Notes: generated from the sequence alone by a model not told the origin. DNA of 64,000 nt from Candidatus Nanoarchaeia archaeon (GCA_035288865.1 DATDZA010000017.1:12672-76671), one strand, 5' to 3'; positions 17,533-27,455 are shown, numbered from the stretch's first letter. Program-made: numbers and translations.

Positions 17533-19305
17533 ATGAAATACAGTGAAAAAGCATTTAATTCTGCTGTTGAGGATTATAAAAAACACTTTAAAAATGCAAA
17601 AGGCAAAGATTTCTTTATAAAATTTGACTTGGGCAATAAAAATGCATTCTATTCACTTGCTCCATTGTCAAGGGCACTGCACGATTTGGGTGGAGATGTA
17701 AGCTGCATTGGAATAAGCAAAACATCAGAAAGCTTGGAAGCGGTAAAAGAAGTTTGGAATATTTTTGAAGATTTGGAAAAAGGATTAAAAAGCGAAAAAA
17801 CAAATGCTCTGAAAGAATTTATTGAGGAAGTTGAGAAAAAAGCAAAAGGCGAGTTCAGAAAATTATTCAAAAAGCCGGATGTATTTATTGAAGCCGGAGA
17901 AAATAAATTTATCGGTAATTTGGAATTGCCGTTTCATGCAGAATGGTTTAAGGACTACAGGATGGAAGAATTGATGCAGACTTCAGAAATACTCTGGAGA
18001 GAAGTTTATGATCTCAAAGAAGGTGAAAGAGTGGGCATTGGATTTTCACTTATACCCAAAGAATCCTTGATTGGACATCCTTTGGAAGATTATCTTGATT
18101 CTTACTCGATAATCTGGGCAATGACGCAGGCTGCTGCAAAAATTGCTGAACCAACCATGAACAGCTCCACATTCAGGGGTTCGATGCTTGAAAAAAGCGA
18201 GAGAGTTTCTGAATTAAGGGCAACTTTATTAGGATGCGAGCTGGAAAAAGAAATTGACGAAGAGCCGTTCATCAAATACAAAAAATTATCCGGCTTATCA
18301 AGATTAAACAGAATTAAGCCAATTGATTTGTCTTTTTCAATCAGCGCAAAAGGGTACCCAGGAAAACATCTTTTCGGAGAATTGATTGGCTACCCGTCTG
18401 CAAACAAAAAAACGAGATGGCAATCTCCGGGTCAAATGGTTTACAAGCTTGACTTCTATCCGCAGACAAAAGAGGAATCAAGGGACCCGCTTGCAAGAGT
18501 CGCTTTCACCGAAACAATCCCGATTGATATTTTTATAGAGACAAATTTGGTTGACTGGGCTGATATAAGGTCAAGAAACCAAAAATTGAAAGACAAAATG
18601 GACAAATGTGATGTAATTTATGTTGAAGGCAAATTAAAAGAAAAATATGTTACAAAACTTGAAGTTGGATTAGTAAAGCCGGACGGCACAAGAAGGTGGG
18701 TAAGGCGCTCGGATACCGATGTTCGGGAAAAAATAAACAAGGATTACCTGAGAATGACTGGAATCCGGGCGGGCAATATGGGAAACATACCTGGAGGTGA
18801 AGCTTTCGTAACGCCGGAATACATAAAAGGAATTTTTGTCGGAGATGTAGTTATTCACGTTGACCAAAGCTACCAATTAAATGAAAAAAATCCATTGATT
18901 GTTGAATGTTATGGCGATAATTACAAAATAATCGGGGGCCCCAAAGATATAATTGAAAAGCTCAACAAAAGAAAAGACGAATCCATGCAGATGCTTCTGG
19001 AAGCGGAGAAAAACAAAAGCCTGCCGAAAGAAATAATTGAAATGAAAAAGAAAAATTTTGAAAGGGTCGGTGAGTTTGCAATCAACACCAATCCAAAAGC
19101 CAGATTATGCGATTACCTTATCGTTAACGAGAAAATTGCAAAGATGATGCACATTGCTCTTGGCTCAGGCTTTGAGCCGGACAGAAGCACAGAATACCAC
19201 ATGGATATTGTGTTCAACGCGCCCCGGCAAAAGCTTGATGTTTACGGCATTGACAAAAAAGGCAATAAATGCTGGATTTTGAAAGACGGGGAGTTTGCGG
19301 CATAA
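17533..19305 (+). CDS. Large M29-like (thermophilic metalloprotease/aminopeptidase) protein
   Basis: C-terminal NIPGGEAFVTP, GEFAINTNP, EKIAKMMHIALG, HMDIV; long N-terminal part unassigned. Confidence 0.75.
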   Translation: MKYSEKAFNSAVEDYKKHFKNAKGKDFFIKFDLGNKNAFYSLAPLSRALHDLGGDVSCIGISKTSESLEAVKEVWNIFEDLEKGLKSEKTNALKEFIEEVEKKAKGEFRKLFKKPDVFIEAGENKFIGNLELPFHAEWFKDYRMEELMQTSEILWREVYDLKEGERVGIGFSLIPKESLIGHPLEDYLDSYSIIWAMTQAAAKIAEPTMNSSTFRGSMLEKSERVSELRATLLGCELEKEIDEEPFIKYKKLSGLSRLNRIKPIDLSFSISAKGYPGKHLFGELIGYPSANKKTRWQSPGQMVYKLDFYPQTKEESRDPLARVAFTETIPIDIFIETNLVDWADIRSRNQKLKDKMDKCDVIYVEGKLKEKYVTKLEVGLVKPDGTRRWVRRSDTDVREKINKDYLRMTGIRAGNMGNIPGGEAFVTPEYIKGIFVGDVVIHVDQSYQLNEKNPLIVECYGDNYKIIGGPKDIIEKLNKRKDESMQMLLEAEKNKSLPKEIIEMKKKNFERVGEFAINTNPKARLCDYLIVNEKIAKMMHIALGSGFEPDRSTEYHMDIVFNAPRQKLDVYGIDKKGNKCWILKDGEFAA

Positions 19306-19354
19306 GAATTTTGTTCAATTCATTTGTATCTAAAAATTTCATAATAGGTAGAAA

Positions 19355-20299
19355 ATGACTTTAAATAAATCATCTCAAATAATTCTCAGAGATTGCATGG
19401 CTTTGAAGAAAAAAGAATCTTGCCTGATTGTTACAGACAACAAATTAAAATTGATTGGTGAAATTCTGTTCAAAAACTCTTTGAAAATATGTAAAAAATC
19501 AAAACTGATTTTTACAGAAATTCCAAAATCCCACGGCTCTGAGCCTCCTGAATATGTTGCTGAAGAAATGCTTAATTACGACGTCATCCTGCTGCCTACA
19601 ACAAAATCTTTGAGCCACACAATGGCACGAGAAAATGCCAGCAAAACCGGAGCAAGAATTGCGAGCATGCCTGGAATAACTGAGGATATGATGGAGCACA
19701 CTTTGAATGTCGATTTTTATGAAATTAGGAATTTAAATAACAAATTAATATCAAAATTAAAAAATAAAATAAAAATAAAAATTGCAACAAAGAAAGGAAC
19801 AAACATTGAATTTAACCTCAAAGGAAGAAAATGGAAGCCGGATGACGGAATCTACACAAAAAAATCAGCTTTTGGAAATCTGCCGGCCGGAGAAATTTTT
19901 ATCGCTCCGATTGAAGGCAAAACAAACGGAAAAATTGTTTGTGATGCAAGCGTTGGCGGATTGGGTAAAGTCGATAAAAATATTGAAATTATTGTTAAAA
20001 ATGGATTTATTGAAAATATTAAAGGTGGAAAAATTGCAAGCCAATTCAATGAATTGTTAAAAACCAAATTATACAAAAGCGTTGCAGAATTAGGAATTGG
20101 AACAAACCCAAAGGCAAAAATAACTGGGGAAGTTCTTGAGGATGAGAAAGTAATGGGAACGTGCCACATTGCCTTTGGCAACAACAAGCATTTTGGCGGA
20201 AAAATTGATGTTCCGTTTCACGTTGATTTTGTCATTAGAAATCCGACAATTTATGCTGATAACCTCTTAATAATAAATAACGGTAAATTTAAACTATAA
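19355..20299 (+). CDS. M29 family aminopeptidase
   Basis: GNLPAGEIFIAP, AELGIGTNP, EDEKVMGTCHIAFG, HVDFV. Confidence 0.9.
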   Translation: MTLNKSSQIILRDCMALKKKESCLIVTDNKLKLIGEILFKNSLKICKKSKLIFTEIPKSHGSEPPEYVAEEMLNYDVILLPTTKSLSHTMARENASKTGARIASMPGITEDMMEHTLNVDFYEIRNLNNKLISKLKNKIKIKIATKKGTNIEFNLKGRKWKPDDGIYTKKSAFGNLPAGEIFIAPIEGKTNGKIVCDASVGGLGKVDKNIEIIVKNGFIENIKGGKIASQFNELLKTKLYKSVAELGIGTNPKAKITGEVLEDEKVMGTCHIAFGNNKHFGGKIDVPFHVDFVIRNPTIYADNLLIINNGKFKL

Positions 20300-20340
20300 A
20301 CCCAAATCTTTTTATATCAATTCCAATAACATAAAATAAA

Positions 20341-21495
20341 ATGCCTGCAAAAGAAGCAAAGGACAAAAACATAATTGACAGCATAATGTACCGTTACTCT
20401 ACTTCTGCGAACCCTTTTGAAGAGGAAAACAGGATTCTCAGGGAAACGGTTACACGGCTCAAAGATGAAGTTGAAAGATTTAAATCCGCTCCATTAATGG
20501 TCTGCGAAGTGAAAGAATTATTTGGAGACACTGCAATAATAAAAATCCCGAATGGCAACCAATTTCTTGTTAACATAGCGAGCGACTGCGACAAGCTAAA
20601 GGCAGGAGACTTGATACTTGTGGAGCAGAAAAATCTCACAATCATAAGAAAGACGCCTATCACAAAAAGATTTAATATTGAGAAATATGTGATTGTTGAA
20701 AAGCCAACTATCTCTTGGAGTGATATTGGGGGCCTGGAGAAGCAGGCAGAGGAGATAAGGGAAGTTATAGAGCTCCCTCTTAAAAAACCGGAATTATTCA
20801 GGAAAGTCGGAATCACTCCGCCAAAAGGAATTCTTCTTTACGGCGAGCCCGGAACCGGAAAAACTTTGCTTGCAAAAGCAGTTGCCGCATCAACAAACTC
20901 AACTTTTATAGAAGTGGTCGGCTCTGAATTAGTTCAGAAATTCATCGGAGAAGGTGCAAAATTAATCAAGGAAATTTTTGAATATGCAAGGAAAAAAGCC
21001 CCTGCTGTTGTTTTCATTGATGAGTTGGATGCGCTTGCCGCAAAAAGAGTTGAAGTCGGCACTTCCGGCGAGCGAGAGGTCAACAGGACTTTTATGCAGC
21101 TTCTTGCCGAATTGGACGGCTTCAAGCCGCTTGATAATGTCAAGATAATCGGAGCGACAAATAGGAAAGACATACTTGACACTGCAATCATAAGGCCCGG
21201 AAGATTGGACAGGTTAATTCACATTCCAATTCCGAGCAAAGAATCCAGGGCAGATATTTTTAAAATACATTCAAAGAATATGACATTTGACAAAAATATT
21301 GTGCCTGAGGTAATAGTTGAAAGGATGGAAGGTTTCAGCGGAGCAGAGATAAAAGCCGTATGCACTGAATCAGGCTATTTTGCAATCCGTCAAAATCGTG
21401 AATATGTGACGAGAGAAGATTTCCTGAAAGCAATTGACAAAGTAAAGCTGGACGAAAAAGCAGAGGGCGAAGATTACATGGGCATGTTCGGGTAA
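20341..21495 (+). CDS. pan: Proteasome-activating nucleotidase
   Basis: Coiled-coil/OB N-terminus, GILLYGEPGTGKT, FIDELD, ATNR.D.LD.A..RPGRLDR. Confidence 0.95.
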   Translation: MPAKEAKDKNIIDSIMYRYSTSANPFEEENRILRETVTRLKDEVERFKSAPLMVCEVKELFGDTAIIKIPNGNQFLVNIASDCDKLKAGDLILVEQKNLTIIRKTPITKRFNIEKYVIVEKPTISWSDIGGLEKQAEEIREVIELPLKKPELFRKVGITPPKGILLYGEPGTGKTLLAKAVAASTNSTFIEVVGSELVQKFIGEGAKLIKEIFEYARKKAPAVVFIDELDALAAKRVEVGTSGEREVNRTFMQLLAELDGFKPLDNVKIIGATNRKDILDTAIIRPGRLDRLIHIPIPSKESRADIFKIHSKNMTFDKNIVPEVIVERMEGFSGAEIKAVCTESGYFAIRQNREYVTREDFLKAIDKVKLDEKAEGEDYMGMFG

Positions 21496-21496
21496 A

Positions 21497-21952
21497 ATGA
21501 AATTTTTGAAAACTTTTATAATTCTTGTTCATATATTTTTGGGATTAATTATCATTTTTCTTAATGTGAACTATCAAATCCTTACCTATGGCAGGATACA
21601 TAATACCAGTAAATATTACTCTTCGGAAGATTTGAAGAATTCAGGTATTGCAGATTTTATTGAAAATCTAAAGCAATCGGAACCGCGAATTATTGCTGAG
21701 GGTATCTTTGGAATTATTCTGGGTTTGTTCTCAATAATCGGTGCAGTTGCGTTCATAAAAGATAAGCGATGGGCGGCGCCTGCTTTGCCGATAGTAACTT
21801 TAATAATACTGATGATTGTTGTGCTTGACGCCTTTAGATCTGCCACCGGATTTTTAGTCGGCCCTTATCTGTTGGCTATCTTTCTATTGTTAATAATTTT
21901 AGTTTCAGAAATCTTACACATCACGCTCAGAAAACAGGCATCGCCTAATTAA
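21497..21952 (+). CDS. Membrane protein (hypothetical)
   Basis: Four hydrophobic segments; starts 2 nt after the pan stop. Confidence 0.55.
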   Translation: MKFLKTFIILVHIFLGLIIIFLNVNYQILTYGRIHNTSKYYSSEDLKNSGIADFIENLKQSEPRIIAEGIFGIILGLFSIIGAVAFIKDKRWAAPALPIVTLIILMIVVLDAFRSATGFLVGPYLLAIFLLLIILVSEILHITLRKQASPN

Positions 21953-22046
21953 TTTTTTATTCTCTATTAATTATCATCATTCAAAATTATTTTATCATTA
22001 AATATTTTCTTAATGTTAATCCATTTTTTACAGAAAGAACTATAAA

Positions 22047-22122
22047 GCACACGCTCAGCAGTTACTATCGCATCTCATCGGCTTTCGCCTAGATGGGTGT
22101 TCACTAAAATCATCGCGTGTGC
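22047..22122 (-). ncRNA. Candidate C/D-box guide sRNA
   Basis: Minus strand: terminal stem GCACACGC/GCGTGTGC, C-like ATGATTT, internal GGC-GAAA-GCC hairpin, C'-like ATGAGA, D box CTGA abutting the stem. TTTAAAAA lies about 22 nt upstream. Confidence 0.5.
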
Positions 22123-22158
22123 AGATAGAATAAGGCATATCGATTTTTAAACCTTGCC

Positions 22159-22992
22159 TTAATAAATCTTAAAATCAATGCAAATCCTATAGAATCCGGG
22201 CGAGTATTGTCCGCATTTAACTATGTTAATTAGCTTGAAATTTTTTCTTGATTTGATGCAAGCTTTTTTTATCTTCTCATGGGCTTTTTCAAATTCATCC
22301 TCGTGTAAAAAATCATAGAAATGGATTATTCCGTTTTTCTTAATATATTTTAACGATATCCCAAGAAAACTTTCCGCTCCTTTAGGCAACGGCATCAGAA
22401 TCCTGCCAAATTTCTTGTTTATTTTGGGCATTATTTTTGTTACATCGCCAAGAAAAACTTTGATTTTATTTTCCAGTTTATTTGTTTTGATGTTTTCCAG
22501 CGCGTATTTGTGAGCTGTCGGGTTTATTTCAATTCCATAAACCTCTTTGCATTTTGTATTATTTGCAATTACTAATGGATAAGGGGCAGCGCCGGAAAAC
22601 ATAACAAGTACACTTTCATTTGGTTTAATTAAATCAGCAATCCTTTTCCTTTCGCTTGACATCCTTGCAGAAAAATAAACCTTTTCCACGTCTAATTTTA
22701 TGAAAACATTATTTTCCTTGTGCGTAGTTTCTTTTCTTTTCTCTCCCGCAATGATTTTTAATTTTGGAGTCCTGAACCTGCCTGAATATTTTTTTGTTTT
22801 CTTAAGGATAGTTTTAATGTGATGGTAAGTTCTTAGAATTGTTTTACCAATTATTTTTTCTTTTTTAGATAATTCTTTAGGAAAGTCAGAAAAAATCAAA
22901 ATATCACCTACTACATCAAACGAAGTTGGCATTAATCTAATCTCTTTCTCGCTTAATTTGTCTTTTAGATAATATTTTAAGTTTTTTTTCAT
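22159..22992 (-). CDS. trm5: Trm5/Taw22-type tRNA methyltransferase (Met-10+ family)
   Basis: SFDVVGDI, KVYFSARMSSER, MFSGAAPY, EINP.A, RILMPLP, GIIHFYDF. Confidence 0.85.
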   Translation of the reverse strand: MKKNLKYYLKDKLSEKEIRLMPTSFDVVGDILIFSDFPKELSKKEKIIGKTILRTYHHIKTILKKTKKYSGRFRTPKLKIIAGEKRKETTHKENNVFIKLDVEKVYFSARMSSERKRIADLIKPNESVLVMFSGAAPYPLVIANNTKCKEVYGIEINPTAHKYALENIKTNKLENKIKVFLGDVTKIMPKINKKFGRILMPLPKGAESFLGISLKYIKKNGIIHFYDFLHEDEFEKAHEKIKKACIKSRKNFKLINIVKCGQYSPGFYRICIDFKIY

Positions 22993-23045
22993 TTAAATCA
23001 TCTCTATACACAAAGTATTTAAATCTTCATCTGAATGCTTAATTC

Positions 23046-23630
23046 GTGGATGGTAAAAATGGTTTTGGGAAAGAACTTTCAATATCTATAATTTTATTGA
23101 TAGTCGCTGTTGCAATTACTTTAGTTTTGACTGTTGCTTGGCTTGGAGTTTTAGGTATTCCAATAGGACTTGTGTTAATATCATTTTCCATCTGGTATTT
23201 TGCAATGTGGTTTTACAAGAAAAATATTTCATTCAAGATAGCTGCTGTACTTTTGATTTTGCCAATTTTGGCAATTATCTCTTTTTTGTCGGCAAGAAGT
23301 ACTAATTTTTTTATTGCAATGCTTGGCTTAAATCCAAATAGCCCGCCTAGCTCAGCGTCTTTTTGGGTTGTTATTGCCAGCTTTACTTATACATTAGTGC
23401 TTCCGCTTATACTAAAGGTTACAGGAATAATTATAATTATTTATTTTTTAAGAAAGCAAAAAAGTTATAATCACCCAAAAAACTCTCCCAAACCCTTTTG
23501 CCCTTTTTTCTCTTTTAATTTAAGCAGTTCGCTAATCTGCCCTTTGACCCTTTCTTCAGAGAAATCATGCTTATTAACTAATAAATCCATCACTTTCTCT
23601 TCATCAATTTGTCCCCATTTCAATTCATAA
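23046..23630 (+). CDS. Membrane protein; the 3' end overlaps fen convergently and its true end is uncertain
   Basis: GTG start, four to five TM helices; reads 160 nt into the antisense of fen. Confidence 0.5.
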   Translation: MDGKNGFGKELSISIILLIVAVAITLVLTVAWLGVLGIPIGLVLISFSIWYFAMWFYKKNISFKIAAVLLILPILAIISFLSARSTNFFIAMLGLNPNSPPSSASFWVVIASFTYTLVLPLILKVTGIIIIIYFLRKQKSYNHPKNSPKPFCPFFSFNLSSSLICPLTLSSEKSCLLTNKSITFSSSICPHFNS

Positions 23631-24508
23631 TCTTTATTTACTTTCATGTGCTTAATTAAATCAAACACTTCTTTCCATTCAAATTCGAAATTATCAGCCC
23701 ATTTTGCCTCACTAAACATAGCATCAAAATTATTTGCATGCTTCTTGACCAATTTAATGGCAGATCTCGGCCCTATTCCTTTAATTCCTCCCATGTTAAA
23801 ATCTGTTCCAATCAGCATTGCCAAAGAAATTAATTGGTCTTGGCTTATTGCAAGGTGCTTTAGATTGTCATCAAGTAAAATCATGTCCGGATTTACAGTT
23901 TCATAGCTTAATTTGTTTGTTTTCTTTTTTCTCCCCGCTATGCTGACGTTTCTGATTATTCTGGGAGCTTCAAAAAGCAGGGCATCGGCATCATTTGTTG
24001 CAATTGCGTAAGCATCGCCGTTCTTGACAATCAAGGAAGCCTGAGCTTCAGCCTCTGAAGGCGCCGTAATTGCCGGCAGACCAAATGCTTCAACTAATTT
24101 CTTCGCCTCTTCTTTCATCTCATCGTTCAGCCTTGAAGTCCTTGAAGCGTATTTTTTCATCAGTTCTTCATCGCCGTCTTCCTTTGCCTTATCTAGATTC
24201 TTCTGGGCTTCAATCTTGATTTCCTTTCTCTTTTCCAGCGTTAATTTTTTCAGCAGAGGCGCCTCGCCGTCAAAAACAAAAGCAAGCTTGACATTATGCT
24301 GCATTAAATTTGAAATTCTGGACAATAATCCTACCAAGTGCGACGTCACATTTCCATTCGAGTCCATAAGCAAAGTTCCGTCTCTCTGCCTTATTGAACT
24401 CAAAAACTGGTACAGCCACATAGAAGCATCTACAGCCAGAATTTTGTTCTGCAAAGCATCAATCTCAATTTCCTTAATCAACAATAATTCAGTTAATGCG
24501 ACTCCCAT
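23471..24508 (-). CDS. fen: Flap endonuclease 1
   Basis: AVDASMWLYQFLSSIRQRDG, FVFDG, EAEAQAS, D.DALLF, GTDFN.GG.KGIG, C-terminal PIP box QKGLGEFF. Confidence 0.97.
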   Translation of the reverse strand: MGVALTELLLIKEIEIDALQNKILAVDASMWLYQFLSSIRQRDGTLLMDSNGNVTSHLVGLLSRISNLMQHNVKLAFVFDGEAPLLKKLTLEKRKEIKIEAQKNLDKAKEDGDEELMKKYASRTSRLNDEMKEEAKKLVEAFGLPAITAPSEAEAQASLIVKNGDAYAIATNDADALLFEAPRIIRNVSIAGRKKKTNKLSYETVNPDMILLDDNLKHLAISQDQLISLAMLIGTDFNMGGIKGIGPRSAIKLVKKHANNFDAMFSEAKWADNFEFEWKEVFDLIKHMKVNKDYELKWGQIDEEKVMDLLVNKHDFSEERVKGQISELLKLKEKKGQKGLGEFFG

Positions 24509-24585
24509 TTTGTTAAATTTTTTATTTTATGGTTTATTTTATTATAAACTAATGTTTTAATTAATGCACATGTTTTTTCCACAGC

Positions 24586-24652
24586 AAGGGTGGGTGGAGG
24601 GCGGATAAACAATACTTAGTGCAATTATTAAATTCCCTCCCTTAGGAATTAT
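24586..24652. repeat. Bipartite ~70-bp intergenic element, copy B
   Basis: AAGGG-TGGGTGG (24591-24597), 35 nt, TTCCCTCCCTTAGGAATTAT from 24633. Confidence 0.75.
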
Positions 24653-24676
24653 TTTAAAATGAAATTACAACTAATT

Positions 24677-25660
24677 TTAAATCTGCTTGAAAGTCAGATT
24701 GTTTAATTCTTTCTTTATCATTTCCTCTGCTTTTGCTGACAATTCTCCCGGTGACAAAACAATAACCGGAAGTTTCTTGAACTGCCCTTTGACGTAGGCA
24801 TTGCTCAAATCTGAATCGCTGATTCTTTTCTTGTTCTTTGCTTTGCAATAGTACTGCAGACTACCCATCACGCTTGGAATTTCTATGATAAAATCAATTT
24901 CGGAATTTTTCTTGGTGACTTCAGTACTGATGATATCAATCTTGTTTTTCTCAAAGAATTTCATAATATTTTTCATAAACTCGTCTTCTTTTGAACTTTC
25001 TTTTGGCTTTCTGCCTCGAGCTTTCTGTTGAATTGGCTTTTCCACTGCTTCTTTCAGCTGCTGCTGAAATTTCTCTGCAGGCTCTTCTTCAATTTTTTTC
25101 TCAATAGGAAATTCTCTTTGCTTTTGCACTATTTCAGATTGTTTCTGCTGAATTTCTTTTTTAATTTCCGTCTGTATTTTTGTTTCTTCTTTAACTTCTA
25201 TCTTATCAACTTTTTCAGCAATACCTAACTTTGATTTAATAATTTTTCCTGCTTCCTCGTCCGAATCCAAAAACCATTTCCAGAAAATCTCGCTTGTATC
25301 GCCGTATTTGACATTCAACGGCATTGCAAAATCTTTTATTTCCCTTAATGCCACTCTGATTACAGGCACCTGCTCAGAATCCCTTAAAATCTTGTTTTCT
25401 TTTAGCAGCTCAAGAGCTTTAAGTTCCTTCTCATTCAAATTAGATGTATATTTTAGGAGCATAGCTTCCTGCCCGGCAAGATAATACAGCGGAGAGCCGC
25501 CGACTTTTATTGCAGAAATCTTCATCTTTTTTGTTGCGGTCAGCTCAGCAAGATGCGCGGAAGCCATCACCATGTCCATTCCTATAAGCTTTGAAATTTG
25601 TATAGGTAGCACAGGGCCTTTCATCTTTACAAAGTCTATAATTTTGTCTCTGTGGTCCAT
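24677..25660 (-). CDS. Hypothetical protein: N-terminal wHTH-like region, charged linker, C-terminal restriction-endonuclease-like fold
   Basis: KGPVLPIQISK..L..L (HTH-like); C-terminal EIDFII..YCKAKNKKRISDSDLSNAY resembles a PD-(D/E)xK/Mrr-like core. Confidence 0.5.
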   Translation of the reverse strand: MDHRDKIIDFVKMKGPVLPIQISKLIGMDMVMASAHLAELTATKKMKISAIKVGGSPLYYLAGQEAMLLKYTSNLNEKELKALELLKENKILRDSEQVPVIRVALREIKDFAMPLNVKYGDTSEIFWKWFLDSDEEAGKIIKSKLGIAEKVDKIEVKEETKIQTEIKKEIQQKQSEIVQKQREFPIEKKIEEEPAEKFQQQLKEAVEKPIQQKARGRKPKESSKEDEFMKNIMKFFEKNKIDIISTEVTKKNSEIDFIIEIPSVMGSLQYYCKAKNKKRISDSDLSNAYVKGQFKKLPVIVLSPGELSAKAEEMIKKELNNLTFKQI

Positions 25661-25704
25661 AACCTAAACTAAAGAAGCTGGTTATATATATTTTGTTGTT
25701 AGAA

Positions 25705-26298
25705 TTATGGCCTTAACCACCGGCACTCGTAGAATGTAACATCCTGCTCCGAATCAACAATCCCTATTAAAAGCCGTTTCTTGGTGGAGTGGGCAACCCT
25801 GTTCTTGGCTGCGAATTCGTACCATGTCAACGCCGAACTCTCATGCACCGGAAATACTACCCATCTTGCGTGATCTTCTCCTGGCTTCACGCCTCGGTCA
25901 TAAATTCTGAAATCTGCTCCAAACTTTAAAGCAGTTTTTATGATGTATCCTCTGTTTCTAATATCTTTATAGACACAATATCTTATCCAGAAATTAGGCT
26001 CGGTTTTTTGGGATTTCTTCAGCAAATCTTCTGATTTAATTTCCTTATTTTTTGAATCATAAGCTATTAATTTTTTTTTATCAACAAGATAAAGCGCTTC
26101 AATCAAAGAAAGTTGCACTCTGCCATCCTCAAGCAAAGTTCCATATCTGCTTTGGTTATAGAGCTCCCTAGCAGGATCTGAGCTTTCTGTAAGCACTCTT
26201 TCCTTTGAAAAATATGCTTTGACAGGCTCTCTGATTTCTTTTAATTCTTTATCTTCCTTCTTAGGAAGAACTTTAGATTCTTCCTTTTTCTTTGGCAT
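25705..26298 (-). CDS. endA: tRNA-intron (splicing) endonuclease catalytic subunit
   Basis: LSLIEALYL, YKDIRNRGY.IKTALKFGADFRIY, HA, K.LL. Confidence 0.95.
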   Translation of the reverse strand: MPKKKEESKVLPKKEDKELKEIREPVKAYFSKERVLTESSDPARELYNQSRYGTLLEDGRVQLSLIEALYLVDKKKLIAYDSKNKEIKSEDLLKKSQKTEPNFWIRYCVYKDIRNRGYIIKTALKFGADFRIYDRGVKPGEDHARWVVFPVHESSALTWYEFAAKNRVAHSTKKRLLIGIVDSEQDVTFYECRWLRP

Positions 26299-26406
26299 GG
26301 TAAAATGATAGATAAAGATATTGATGGGTGTTTAAAAAGGTTGTTTATTTCGAAATTAATTTTTCAAACAAAAACCCTTATAAATTATATTCTTATTCTA
26401 TACAGT

Positions 26407-27297
26407 ATGCAACTTACATTTTTGGGAACATCTTCAATGGTTCCGACAAAAGAAAGAAACCAGATAGCAGTTTTCCTTAGTTATGGCACTGAAGGAATTT
26501 TATTTGACTGCGGTGAAGGAACTCAGCGACAATTCAAGATTGCAGGAATACCGCTAAGCAAAGTAACAAAAATTTTGCTGAGCCACTGGCATGGCGACCA
26601 TGTTCTGGGACTGCCCGGATTGATGCAGACTTTAAGTTCTACTGATTATACCGGAACTCTTGAAATTTATGGGCCGGCAGGAACAAAAAAAAGAATGGAA
26701 AAAATGTTCGAGGCATTTGTGTTTGATAAAAAACTTAATTTCAAGGTTGAAGAGGTCAAATCAGGAAAATTTTTTGAAAATGGCGATTTCGATCTGGAAT
26801 CATATCCGCTCGAGCACGGAATTGAAACTTTGGGATTTAAATTCACAGAAAAAGACAAGAGAAAAGTTGACATGAAGAAAGTAAAGAAATTTGGAATTCC
26901 GGAAGGCCCTTTGATTGGAAAATTGCAGCAAGGCCATTCGATTGAGCATAACGGCAAAAAAATAAACCCTGATGATGTGACTGATATTGAAAAGGGAAAG
27001 AAAGTTGCGTATGTAACTGACACAGTTTTATGCAGCGGCTGTTACAAAACTGCAGAAGGCGCTGATTTATTGATTTGCGAAGCAACATACTCCTCAAAAT
27101 TAGCTGATAAAGGCGAAGAATATGGCCATATGACGGCAAAACAAGCGGGACAACTAGCTAACAAATCCAATGCTAAACAATTGGTTTTAATTCATTTCAG
27201 CGCAAGATACAAAAATACGCAAGAGTTGGAAGAGGACGCAAGAGATGTTTTTGATAATGTAATCTGCGCAAAAGATTTCATGAAGATTGATTTATAA
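26407..27297 (+). CDS. rnz: Ribonuclease Z
   Basis: FLGTSSMVPTKERN, DCGEGTQRQ, SHWHGDHVLG, YVTDT, GHMT, HFSARY. Start moved to MQLTFLG. Confidence 0.95.
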   Translation: MQLTFLGTSSMVPTKERNQIAVFLSYGTEGILFDCGEGTQRQFKIAGIPLSKVTKILLSHWHGDHVLGLPGLMQTLSSTDYTGTLEIYGPAGTKKRMEKMFEAFVFDKKLNFKVEEVKSGKFFENGDFDLESYPLEHGIETLGFKFTEKDKRKVDMKKVKKFGIPEGPLIGKLQQGHSIEHNGKKINPDDVTDIEKGKKVAYVTDTVLCSGCYKTAEGADLLICEATYSSKLADKGEEYGHMTAKQAGQLANKSNAKQLVLIHFSARYKNTQELEEDARDVFDNVICAKDFMKIDL

Positions 27298-27423
27298 CAA
27301 GGGTTTCGCCCCTTGAGGACGAAAAACTTTTTGCGAAAAAGTTTTATCAAAAATTGTACTTTCTTCGATGGCACTCGCTAAAATAAACTTATGGGCTGGT
27401 CAGACTTATAGAACAAACCGTGC

Positions 27424-27455
27424 ACCATTGGACATCTTCACCCAAACTATTTAAA
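27424..27455 (+). promoter_or_regulatory. Conserved 19-bp upstream motif + BRE/TATA of hjc (copy 2)
   Basis: ACCATTGGACATCTTCACC-CAAAC-TATTTAAA, 29 nt before the hjc ATG. Confidence 0.7.

Noticed and set aside
27298-27350. Two hairpins after rnz (GGG-TTTCG-CCC; AAAACTTTTT-GCG-AAAAAGTTTT)
   Set aside because: Position and shape fit ordinary terminator-like structures; there is no further evidence of an RNA gene.
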